Made by a program: the position numbers and the translations under genes. The notes under the pieces were generated by a model. That model was not told the DNA's origin and made no database searches. It saw only the letters and a program-made list of their open reading frames with translations. DNA of 59,183 nt, the filler included, from Jimgerdemannia flammicorona (lineage: Eukaryota): the NCBI GenBank assembly GCA_003990765.1. It is 3 parts of 3 records of this genome, joined end to end, with 100 filler letters (N's around TTAATTAATTAA, not from the genome) between each part and the next. Parts side by side here need not be neighbours in the genome. Positions count along the whole stretch, not along the records: positions 1 to 19,661 come from RBNJ01001882.1; 2 more parts are not named here. One strand, given 5' to 3'. Below are positions 1 through 11,679 of the stretch, in pieces (the stretch's first letter is position 1; every line of letters begins with the position of its first letter).

Positions 1-3000
1 CCTCTTCTTGTTACAGGATGTTCGGTATGAGGCAGATGTGGATTTACAGGATTGGACTAAGGAATGGGGGGGTGCAGCAGTTTGGAGGGGGAAAGTGGGT
101 ATTCTTGTTCTGAAAGAGATGGGGGACATTGGGGACATTGGACATTGGGGGTCACGTGTAGTGTGGGGAGTATGGAAAAGGCCTGGATGGGGCTCGCTGA
201 TGGTTGGGTCTTGCTACTGCCTGGCTGAGAGAGGGGAGAGGGTGGATTGGATTTGCAGATTGAAAGAGGCTGGATTATTGGGAGAAGTTGGGTTTGACTG
301 TATGGGGGGGGACTTCAATATGGTTCGTGATAAGGAGTTGGACAGAACTGATGGAGGGAGAGGCATGCAAGGTGAGAGTGGTGGGTTGGTGGACTGGTTG
401 GAGACGGAAAGGTTGTGCTCATTAGTGGACTCAGGGAGACATTTTTGGGCTGATTGGCAGGTGTATACCCACTGGGCAGCAGGACTGGGCTCTAGGATTG
501 ACTGGGTTCTAACAGCAGAGTGTTGGGGAGTGGATGTCTGGACAGTGCTGGGAGTCATATGGTGTCCATGGTCTGATCACTGGGGGTTGCTTGGAGGGGG
601 GAGGTTTGGGGGAAATGAGGATAGGCCCAGACATTGGTGGCTAAATTCTTCCTTGTTGGAGGATAGGACATTGTGGGAGGGTTGGGAAACAGAGGTGGTT
701 GGAGATATCAGCAGGTGGTGGGATCAAGGACTGGCAATTGGGGACTGCTGGAGAAGGCTGAAGGTGAAGGCTCAGGGGTATTGGAGGGAAGCGGGGAAAG
801 GAAAGAGTGCTCAGCAAAGGCAGCAGGTGATGTGGGCCTCACAGCATTTGGCGGCACTCATGGAGAGATGGGTGAGTGTGCTGGAGGATAGGGCCAAGGC
901 TGATTGGCGTATTGCTAGAATCCGGCAGGAGGTGGAGGAGCTCAAAGGGATGCTACAGAGGGAGGAAGAGGAGCAGCTGCAGGGGATGGTGGCCCACTTG
1001 CAATGGCAGGGGCTTGAGGAAGGGGAGAGACCTACCAGATTCTTGTCATAGTTGTTACAAGCATGATGAACGAGGCAGCAGTGGGAGGGAGTTTTGGACG
1101 AGAATGGCAAGCTGGTGGTGGGGACCCTGGCGATTTTGGGCCTATTGCGATCCCAGTGGGGGAACCTTTGGAGTGAGGATGAAGGGGGACTGGATGCTCT
1201 GGACATTGAAAGGCAACTGGGGGATTGGCACCTGGACCCTGCCATGGAACTTGTGGCATTGGGGGACCCAGTGAGCAGCAAGGAGATTTGTGAGGTAGTG
1301 GCTTCTACGAGTAAAGAGACAGCCCCGGGAGAGGATGAACTCCCCTGGGATTTTTGGCAGAAGATGACAGGGGTGCGTGAGGTACTAGAGGAAATGATGG
1401 TTATGTGTAATGAAGTTCTTCGGTCTGGTGCCTGGATTGGGGGACAGTGCTTGGGGCTGGTCTCCTTGCTATATAAGAACAAGGGCAGGAGGGAGGATTG
1501 GAAGAACTGGCGGCCAATCATGCTTCTGGACATGGACTACAAACTGGTGATGAAGATCTTGGTATTGCGGTTGCAAGAGATCGCACAGCAGGTACTTGGT
1601 TTGGAGCAACATGGGTTTGTTGGTGGTCGATTGATTCAAGATGGGACAGTCTGGGTTCATGGAGTGATTGAAGGTGCCCAGGCTGCAGGGGTGGATGGCA
1701 GATTGGTATTTCTGGACCAGGAGAAGGCTTATGATAGAGTGTGGAGAATATGGCTGGAGGGAGTGCTGAAGCGGATTGGTATCCCCTCAGGGTTCCGAGG
1801 TTCATTGATCAGCCTCTTGGAGGACAGTCAGGTGGTATTGGTCATCAATGGCCACCGGGGGGTGACCTTCCCCCTGGGCCATGGGGTGCCACAAGGGGAC
1901 CCCTTGTCACCCATATTGTATGCCCTTTCCCTGGAGCCACTACTGAACAGGATTCGGCATAAGAGTGGAGGTTTGGACATTTTAGGGGTGAACTGGAAGG
2001 TGGGGGCCTTTGCCGATGATATGGTGGTCGGACTGGGTTCCTTGGGGGATGTTGGTGAGTTGCAGAGGATGGTGGAATAGTATGAGTGGGGTTCTGGTGC
2101 TAAACTGAACTGGCACAAATGCGAGACACTGGTGCTGGGTGCTGGAATTATCAGTGGTGATGTTATTGGAATGGTGGTTCTGGCTGGAGAACCAGTGCAC
2201 TACTTGGGGATCTACTTCTCGGTGTTCAGATCTCTTCTTCCCCGGGCATGGTGGGACCATAAACTGCTGGAGTGGGGTGATGTTTTGATGCAATGAGGAG
2301 GCCGGCATATGTCCCTTGCTGGAAGGGTGATGGTGTTGAATGTGTACTGGATGCCGAAGCTGTAGTATGTTGGATATCATTTGGATTTCCCACCGTGGGT
2401 GGTTAAGGGGTTGTTGAAGATGGCGAGGTCATGGATTTGGGGAGGGCGGTGGAGCCAGGTTGGTTGGGAGGTGCTCACACTGCCCTTGGAAAGAGGTGGA
2501 CTGGGCTTAGTGGACTTTACTAAGCAGCTTTTATGTCTGAGGGCCTGGTGGCTAAGGAGAGCGAGTGAGCTTAGAGGTTGGGAGTGGGTGCCACTCATGC
2601 AGAGGTTGTGGAAGGTTCGATACTCCCCACGTGGTGGCTCCGGCGACCTGCTTGCAATGGTGGCCATGGAAGGGAGCCGGAGGATGTAGTTTACAGGCTT
2701 TTGGTGGGGAGCGGTGGATGGTGCTAAGAAAATTGGCCTTCGGTGGTGAGGTGATAAGGCCGAGGAGGTTTGGGGACCACAGATGTGGAGATGGGACAGG
2801 CTTCTATTGGGTGGTGTTCTGGTGGAGGACTTTCAGCTTGGCAAGGGTCTGGAGTGCCTGCGAGACCTAGGTGGAGACCTGTGGCCTGAAGTCTGGCAGA
2901 GGGTTGGAATTGGAGAAGAGTGGAATTGGAATGGGCTCTGGCTTTGGAGCACACGGGTGAGGCAGTGGCTGCCCCCCAAGTTCTGGTTGGTGTGGTGGCA

Positions 3001-3562
3001 GATCCTATGGCGGAATGTGATACTGAACTATCAGTCTGGTCACTTGGTGGACAGTGGGGTATTCGAGTGCGAGGATTGTTTCAATGTTGGTCAGGAGGGA
3101 GGAGTGGTACAAACACCTGAACATTGGCTTGGTGAGTGTGAGGTTATGGGGGAGTTCTGGAGATATATAATGGACAGGTTAGAATTGGGGGCTGGGGGAG
3201 GAGAGGGAGGGGGGAGATGGGGAGAGCTTCGCCGGTGATTAGTGGGTGGGGTCGGGGACGAATGGCTGACCCTTGGTTGTACCTTGGCTATGTGGGTTGG
3301 GTTGGCAGGGCATTGGGTGCATGTATTTGAGGATGGGTATCAGGTTGGGGTTGGTGAAAAGGTGGCACAGTGAGAATGGTTGCTGTTGGACATTTTGAAT
3401 AGCTGGTGGCAGGGGTGGGGTATGGGTGGGGGGTACCGCAGGGGTTTGGTGCAGTATATCTCCCAGAGGAGTGGTGGGAGGGTTCAGATAGTTGGTGATC
3501 AGGTGGTGCTTGGGCAGGGAGAGGTTGAGGGAGGGGGGTTGGGCCCCCAGGGCATTGGTTGA
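1..3562 (+). pseudogene. LINE ORF2 (APE endonuclease-reverse transcriptase-Cys knuckle), broken by nonsense codons and frameshifts
   Basis: ORF-track pieces 8-1051, 1094-2080, 2381-2689, 2783-3238 and 3380-3562 are colinear parts of one ORF2; many stops are TAG/TGA at Gln/Trp/Arg positions. Confidence 0.92.
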
Positions 3563-3650
3563 GGGGGTGGGTGACATTGTATTGTTAGCACTATAGACTT
3601 CAATAATAAAGGTCAGTCCAAGAGACTATAAAAAAAAAAAAAAAAAAAAA

Positions 3651-3694
<44 letters not shown>
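1..3694 (+). mobile_element. LINE copy 1 (L1/Tx1-like non-LTR retrotransposon), 5' end cut by window start, with 3' UTR and poly(A) tail
   Basis: APE endonuclease motifs (LFLLQDV, GGDFNMV, SRIDWVL, WSDH), RT motifs (APGEDELP, WRPIMLLDMDYK, GVPQGDPLSPILY, FADD), C-terminal CEDC...EHWLGEC knuckle; AATAAA at 3605-3610; poly(A) ~3630-3694 abutting gypsy RNase H sequence. Confidence 0.95.
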
Positions 3695-3696
<2 letters not shown>

Positions 3697-4919
3697 GGAA
3701 AAAGGTTCACTCTGATCACAGACCATGCAGCCCTCAAATGGCTATTCAACTGCAAAGAACCTGCCAGAATCTTAGCCTGCTGGATCCTTATTCTTCAGGA
3801 TTACAAAATCACCATTATTCACAAAGCAGGGAAAGCCCATAACAATATTGATGTACTTTCCCACCAGCCCCAATGAATCAGATGAAGGGTGTCCCGAGGA
3901 ACCACACTCTAAAGGAAGCTTCTCAGACTATCAAAGCACAAGAAGATCTCATTCGAAAAGAATATTAGAAAGCCCACCAAGGACAGACAAGCATAGAAGA
4001 CAGGATTTGAAAACAATATCAACATTGGCCCCACCTCAGAACTCAAGTCCAAGACATCATTCAGAAATGTGACATCTGCCAGAAGTACTAAGGAAAGAAG
4101 AACTATCAAGCCCCTCTGCAACCGATTCCCCCACCCACTTACATCTTTCAAAGATGGGGAGTAGACGTAATTGGACCTCTACCAGTTACACCAAGAAGAA
4201 ACAAATACATCCTTATATTTGTAGAACATCTGACCAAGTGGCCTGAGGCTTTCCCAATGGAAATCACAGATGCCTTAACCATTGTAGGCCTCCTCCATGG
4301 ACTCACACTCAGATATGGACCTCCAGAGGAACTCATCTCTGACCAAGGCACAGAATTCATCAACAACATAATCACAAGTTATGCCTGAATTCATAAGATC
4401 CACCTCAAAAAGACCACATCATACCACCCTCAGACCAATGGCATGACAGAAAGAATGAACCAGACCATCAAGAAAGGACTTGCCCAAGTCAACCCTACTA
4501 ATTGGGACCTCTGCTTACCTGAGATCCTATGGGAAATTTGGAATACCCCTGCCACATCCACCAAACAAAAGCCATTCGAAATGATGTTTGCCAAGAAAAC
4601 CAGAACTGCTGATCATAAGAATCTCGGAGACCTCCTCAAGAAGGCAGAACAGTTATGAAATCAAGCCCAAGGACAGATTATCAAAGCCCAGGAAAGACAA
4701 AAGAAGTACTATAACCAAAAACAGAAGGATCAGGAGATCAAGATTAGAGATCAAGTCCTAGTTTAGAGAAGTATAATTGAGACAAACTTTGCTGCCAAAC
4801 TGGAACCAAAATGGGAAGGACCTTATCTTATACACAACATCAGAGGAACCAGCATCTATTTAAGAAGCATGGATGGACAAACTCTGAGAACACCAGTACA
4901 CATCAATCGCCTCAAGATA

Positions 4920-5447
4920 TACTTCGCTCACACCATAAATCAGAGAATTGACAACTACCTCCAAACTCTTATTCTCAGTTCCCTCCAAGCCCTACCAGTT
5001 CCCCTGCCTCAGTTCCAGGAACCCAATGGAACCTATCTTCAGAGAATCCGAGTTTATCAAGAAAACCTCACTTTGGCCAAGAGGCTACTCTAGGTCCACC
5101 AGCTGCAGGCATATTATACAATTGGAGAACAATTGCAGAATCTTCCTCTCCTAGACCTAGCCTATGTCTGAAACACCACTGGCCTGAACAGAAGGAACAC
5201 TACTGCTGCAGACAGACTATATACCATATATAAACAAAATTCTTCTGCCTTAATCCAGGCCCAGTTTTCCCTAAATGACCTCCAAAGGATGACACTATCC
5301 ACCTACCTCAGCATTATTCACCAAGTAGAGACCCTATTTCCTGAGGAAGAAGAAGAGCCCCTGAAATGGAGTGACTACAGCTCAGATGATGATGATGGAA
5401 CAGGTATAGATGCAGAAGCCACTTATGCCTATTGGGATGATGACTAA
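4920..5447 (+). pseudogene. Family D post-integrase extension: uncharacterised helical domain with acidic tail
   Basis: In frame with integrase C-terminus: ...HQLQAYYTIGEQLQ...TTAADRLYTIYKQN...SLNDLQRM...EEEEEPLKWSDYSSDDDD...WDDD*; no chromodomain motif. Confidence 0.65.
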
Positions 5448-5486
5448 AGAATAGTCTAGGACAGACTACCCTTCAGTAGGGGCTGA

Positions 5487-6759
5487 TGTAATAGACCAAA
5501 ATGTACCACCTGAATTATAACTTAGCCAGATGATATGAACAATTAGTATACTTACTCAGCATGATGTGACTTACAGTGTATCATAGTTACTCATGCCCGC
5601 CACACTTATAATTAGCCAAGACACCAGATCAGGATTGTTTACCTGTATCCTGAGGACACACTCATGTCCTGCAGACACACTCATGTCCTGTGGACACATC
5701 TGTACCCAGAGGACATACCCAAACATTACCAAAGATAGCAAATCTATAGTTAGCCACATAGTAACCAGATAGCAACCAACTTGTATAAATTACCCCAGAG
5801 GTGAGAGTAAATAAAACCTCAGTCTGAATTGAAGTGCAAACCAAAGAAGCCTCTAAAGATTGAGCAATTGGTCCCCTTATTCCCACTCTAGTCCACTTTC
5901 CGATACAAAGAAGAGTTTGTTACATTTTTGGTTCACTTGCCAGATAAGCCTGAAGAATCCCAGTTTCCCACCAAGTTCAAGAAAGAACTTTGCCGTATTC
6001 CCAGAGAAAGCCGCCTTGCCCAAGCCAGTTTCTGATGCAACTTCGTAGTGATCCATTTGCACAAACAAAGCCAGTCTTTGACACAACTTTGCCAAGAGAC
6101 CCTTTCTAGGCTGCCATCCCATTTCCCAGTTAAAGCCCACCATTTTTGAGTTATCCACCATATTCCCAGTTGAAGCCAAGTCCGTGCCATCTGAGTTAAT
6201 TCCTAGTTAAGCCACCATTTCCAAGAAGTCTGCCAATCCAGAAAGAATCTACGCCATCATATTTCCAGAAAAGCCACTGAATTAGGAAGAAACCCGAGTT
6301 ATTGTTCCCAGAAGAGCCATCTGAGTTATCCATTATTCCCAGTGAGCCTGTTACCGAAGAAACCATGCCAAATATTCCCAGTGAGCCAAATCAAGTTATC
6401 CACCAAATCCGCATAAGGGGAACTGCTAGATTGCCCGACCATCATGCACAAGAAGATTGTCGCGCTACACAAGATTGTCATGCAGAAATCACCACCACCC
6501 AAGAAGGAGAACCACTAGATTGCCAGACTGTCATGCATAAGGAGATCATCGTGCTATACAGAAATTGTGCCATTCCTAGTTGACCCAAGAAGGAAAAGAC
6601 ATACAAATCACTGCTACACCCAGAGAACTATCCCAATAAGGAAATTGCTCGCAGATATCCAGCTTTGACTATTATACTGCTAAACACCAAAGACCTCAGG
6701 AATCTTAGAATATTTTGTTGCTTTTTGACAAAGTAACTGGGGGCTCAAGCCAAACTACA
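5487..6759 (+). repeat. Family D 3' LTR (~1.27 kb) with ~19-bp tandem repeats at ~5654-5720
   Basis: TGTA...TACA termini, preceded by purine tract; TATAAA ~5783 and AATAAA ~5809; only one copy present, so the right boundary is inferred. Confidence 0.6.
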
Positions 6760-6945
6760 TCAACCTCCAATCTTATAATTTGTCTCTATTGAGCTGGTAC
6801 GTTATACTAGAGATATTATAGCTAAGTTAATTTATAGCTTAATAGCTAAATCCTGATAAGTAGCTTCTCAAATAAAGTAAGATCTTTTTAAGAGATAGTA
6901 ATAGTTAGTATTGATACATATCTACTCTTATATCTTTTGATAAAT

Positions 6946-9026
6946 TATAAGTATACAACCTCTAAGCTACCAAAATCACATGTTACCCTCTAAACAAGCC
7001 ATCCAAATCACATGTAACCTTTGAATAAATCTAGAAATCACCTGCAAGATCACAAAGCTGAGTTAAACTAAAGTCACAGTATACAAAGCTGAGTCAACTC
7101 AAAGTCACAGAATACAAGATTTATATAAACAGAATCTTACTAATTAAGACCAAATGTATATATACCAAGTACCAAGACATATTAAAATAGAGAACCAAAA
7201 CAAACCAAACAAATAATCCCAACTTCTAAATATATACAAACATGATCACTGAGATCTACAACTATATCTGTGCTGATATTTGGAATACCATTATCAACTG
7301 AGCCACACTCCCTCTGCTCCTCATGAATATCTATAGCTTAGCACTCCTTTACTTCATAGAAGCCCAATGGAATACCCTGAATATGTTTAGTGAAGCTCAC
7401 TAAATTAGACAAATCTCAAGCTACTACCAGATTGGCTACCTCTTAGAAGACATGGTTGAATACCACTATAATACAGACATTACCTAGATGTCTCAATACC
7501 AGAAACTTATTGCCTGCAAATATTGAGAACTCTTCTATAAGTATACATAGCACTGTTATTCTCTATCTCTAAGTTACTACTACCAAAATAGTTGCTACTC
7601 TGTCTTATGGTCAAATAGATGATATAGTACAAAAACTCAACTATAAGTATCTTAAGTATATTCAGATCACAAACAGAACCTTTTTATATCTCAATAACTA
7701 TATCCTGCAGATACCCCAAGTCAGATATGCCATGAAGGATATCTATGATATAATCTGATTTGATGAAGACAAAGCAGAAGATGATGATCTCTCTGATGCC
7801 AAAATGACCTCCAGCCAAGGATCTCTGCCAACCCTGATCATACTGCCAACCTTACCAATGAACTTACAATAGTTCATAACTATCTATGAGACTTATTGGG
7901 ACAATAATCACTGGTATAAGTACCAATCTACATTTACCTCTGATTACTTCAACTACAATGAAGAGACTGGAGAATATAATCTGTATCTCCAAACAACTCT
8001 TAAGATTGAACCAATAACTCCACCACCTGAGTATAAGTGATATGAACTATAGCCACTAGCTTACTATAATCCAGTAACTTATCGTACCATAACTTATAGA
8101 AGGTATGCAGATAGCAAATTCAATAAAAGTGAAGACAATGTACCCCTCCTTTATCCACCAATACCTTACCCAGTATATGAGACAGATGATGCTATTCTAT
8201 GAGATAGTGATGAAGTCCTAATATATTATTATCTCAGCAAACAAGGAGAATTAATCTGTAAACAACTCTTCCTAGATGACTACTTCATCAGAGATAATAT
8301 TATTGATAGTAATATTATCAAAGACTACCTAGATAGTATCTAAATCTATAAATAACTTAGTAGTCATAGTATAGTTAGATTAGTCTTATATAACATGACT
8401 GTGAACTGACTCAGCAGTCAGACAATCCCTTGATATGTCAGATCATACTTGTACTATATGACTGTATTCTGACTCAGTAAGGTACTAAGTACTATACCTA
8501 TATTCAGCATAGTCCAGATAGCCCCTCACTAGTATAAATACCCCCTCTATCAGACCTCAGAATCTCAGACTTAAAGACTCAAACACATAAGAATATTTCT
8601 GAACACTTCTCTACAACATTCCTTCACACAAGTACTCCTAGTATAGCAATATCATGAATAGTGAATAAATCTATTTAATAACCCACAAACTACTCTTAAG
8701 TAAATCTACTCCCCATTAGGTCCTACTTCTAACTCTATCATGAAATTCCTAATTGAGTATTGTCTGCAGCAATATACCAATTCAACTAAACTAGTCTTAG
8801 TTTTTTGAACTTTCTGAAATACAGAAAATCCTGAATATCCAGAACTAGTCCAAATAAGAACTTTGGTTGAGACATCAACCTAATCTTGAAGTCAATAAGT
8901 ATAGAGGATATACTCTATATGAAATTGATCTTGATCTTAAGAAAATAGTCTTCCAGAATATCCAGAACTTCCAGAAAACCCTTTCAGAACTATGTAATAG
9001 TTATCCTAACAAGTAACTCTCTTACA
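6946..9026 (+). repeat. Family A 5' LTR (2081 bp)
   Basis: Homologous throughout to 15542-17573, 18068-19661(-) and 37880-39422; TATAAA 8533-8538, AATAAA 8664-8669. Confidence 0.95.
7242..8343 (+). pseudogene. LTR(U3)-embedded accessory ORF, degenerate copy in family A 5' LTR
   Basis: ATG 7242 to TAA 8341-8343, colinear with the near-intact copy 38200-39297; many C>T/G>A stops. Confidence 0.8.
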
Positions 9027-9029
9027 ACT

Positions 9030-9041
9030 TAGTAGCAGTAG
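9030..9041 (+). promoter_or_regulatory. Putative primer-binding site (mutated TGGTAGCAG..., initiator tRNA-Met-like)
   Basis: TAGTAGCAGTAG 3 nt after the LTR end; reversing G>A gives TGGTAGC, complementary to the 3' end of eukaryotic tRNAiMet; tRNA identity is inference. Confidence 0.55.
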
Positions 9042-9089
9042 TTTACAATCCAATTCGACTTCAAGATACTTCCTCACCCTGCTATAAAC

Positions 9090-11050
9090 CTCTCTGAGAA
9101 TTTCTACAAGTTGGTATAAAGTCCAACCTCTGAACTGAAATTTATTCTGAACCATCTGACAATCTGGAGAGAATTAAATCTGATGTATAAGGACAATTTG
9201 ACCTCCACACCTATAACAAGTAGGACAAACTTCATTCAAAGAAAGAAGTACTCTAGTTAAATCAGCAGATAGGTGAAATCCTATACACCAAACTCCTTAT
9301 ACTACACTCAGCAAGTTAAGATAAAGAAGGTCTTATAGAAGCCTTCTTCATCCTTCTCAATAAGAGTTTTGTTAGCTCTACAAATCCGAGCAACTTAGAA
9401 CAACCAGCAGTAGTCTTTCTAGCCTTAGTTCCTCATAAAGTCCAAGCCTCTATAACCAAGTGGCTCAACTCTACCAACTTTCACCATACCAGGACCAAGA
9501 CTGCATTATACTACTGATTCCAGAACAGTAAGGCCTACCATATTCTTAAGGAAGAAGCAAGAGAAACCCTTTATCAATAATCTGACCCTGAATCAAAAGC
9601 AGGCCTTACTATAGCTTTACCAGAACCTGAAACTAATACCAAACCAGAACTTGACTTTGAATTAAGTCTATCTGAAATCAGATATATAACTGACTCTGTC
9701 TACTTTAATACTAAGTAAACCCAACTACATGGAGACCAAGCCAAAGAGAAGGAGGAGTATCTTAGTGAATTTGATCTCAGATATACCACCAAAGGAGATG
9801 CACCTCTATCAGGACAGAATATACCTATACAGCAACAAACAGCCATTTATTGAGCCCTCACTCCAGACCTACAACTATTACTCCAGCAACTTACACAGAC
9901 TCAAAGAACACCCTCACATTCTGCACCAGTACCTCAAGTAGTACTAGTAACACTACTACCAGCAGTCTAACTGCCTCCAGTAAACAATATGGCAAACCAA
10001 TAGATTCTAGACCTTATAGCCCAGGTAGCTATAATAGCAGCAACCATTACTATCTTAGCTTAACAGACCCAATCTACCAGAAATCTAAGTCTACCTATCT
10101 TCAATGGTACTATACAAGAAGTTCAAAACTTCATTAGTATAGTTGACATCAACTTTGAAGCCAATTAATGGACTAATGAGCAAGTCACTGACTGCCTTCT
10201 GATAAACAATCAAGACCACACTCTGGAACAACTCTTTGCTACTACTACAGCCTATGTCTATTGAGTTATTACATTCTTCCAAGGATCTGCTGAAGAATGG
10301 TGATGAATCCTTTCTGAAAAACCCCTTACATAGGATACCTGACCTGCAGTAGTTGCCCAAAATACAGCAAACAATGCCCCAAGATATAGAGCCCATCCTG
10401 CAGCCTCTGGACTGAAACAATTCATAATTGCTCAATACTGCAGTGAAACCATGATTACTGAATCTTGAGTAAAACTCTACAATCTCAAATTTGATATACA
10501 TAACAAAGAAGAATTTGAAATCTTCTATACAAAACTTGAGTTACTTCTGAATACTGTTGGCCTAGGATACATTACCAATGATAAAGCATGAAATGGTATA
10601 AGAGCAGACTATTTATTTGATATACTACCCAAATGGCTTATAAGGAAAATCCAAGAACAAGGCTGTCCAGTTGGTTGTGATCACCAATAATAGTACCTAG
10701 CAAGAATCAAGACTATTGTCAAGTAAATTCTGATAGCTGGACCAATCCTGCCCTAAAGACAATTCAACAATAAGGAAAAGACTTAAACTAAAAAAGAAGA
10801 ATCCAAGTATAAAGCATCTCGAGCTCTCTCTACATCCACCTCATAGACACTCAGAAATCATGAATCCACCCAGCTGAGTACCTTTAAGAAACTCACTGAA
10901 GGAGAAAGAAATAAACTTCAAAGAAGTGGAGTATGCTTCTATTATCGAAAGACAGGACATATGACCAGTGTCTGCCCTAATTGAAACTCTTGAACAGCAA
11001 TATAAGCAACTGTTACTACCCTATACTACCTCAACAATCTGACCACCAAG
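9090..11050 (+). pseudogene. gag: Family A gag, degenerate, with C-terminal zinc knuckle
   Basis: GVCFY(Y<C)RKTGHMTSVCPN at ~10928-10981 fits Cx2Cx4Hx4C; lies between PBS and pol; start boundary approximate. Confidence 0.7.
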
Positions 11051-11053
11051 ACA

Positions 11054-11461
11054 TTGAACTTTATCAAGTTAAGGCAAACTACCAAGACTCCAACTAAAGG
11101 AAGTCAAAAGGCAGCTAGATATGATCTGTATGTAGCTGAAGAAGCTACAGTTTCCAACTGAGAAGTCAAGCAAGTCTACACAGGAATCAGCATCCAAATC
11201 TCTGAAGGATATGTTGGAAGAATATACTGTTGCAGCAGTCTAGCATTGAAAGGACTCTCAGTAGAAGGAGGAGTCATTGATGAAGATTATATAGGTAAAA
11301 TTATTGTCCTCATCCAAAACTACAGTTGGATACTCTTCAAGATCCCCATTGGTTTCTATATTACCCAGATCCTATTTGAAAAAATCAAGTCAACCCTGAC
11401 AGTCAAGGAAGTCCCTAAACTACTACCCACTATCTGAGGATCCAAAGAATTTGGCTCATCA
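11054..11461 (+). pseudogene. dut: Trimeric dUTPase domain between gag and protease (family A)
   Basis: All five motifs recognisable: AA(R<G)YDL, SSLA, GVIDEDY(I)G, ITQI, *GSKEFGSS. Confidence 0.9.
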
Positions 11462-11679
11462 AACAAGGCCCCAGCCCAACCTATTATAAATAAAGAAGAA
11501 CAATTCTACAAGAAAATTAAAGATAAATATGTATCCAGTAGCTAATACCCCCATGGTATTGGAATGTACTCTTCCTGAATAATCAATGATTGTTTCTCTT
11601 GTGTCAATGAACTGGCTCAAAGAAGAACTAATAGAAGGAAAGCTCCTACAATCAAAATTACTACCATTAGATCAGACAA

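Larger units (their letters stand above)
3695..6759 (+). mobile_element. Ty3/gypsy family D, 3' half (RNase H end, integrase, post-integrase extension, 3' LTR)
   Basis: TDHAALKWL (RNase H); WGVDVIGPLP, ISDQGTEF, YHPQTNGMTER (integrase core); LEPKWEGPY (GPY/F motif); purine tract ~5476-5486, then TGTAAT at 5487 and ...ACTACA at 6759. Confidence 0.85.
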
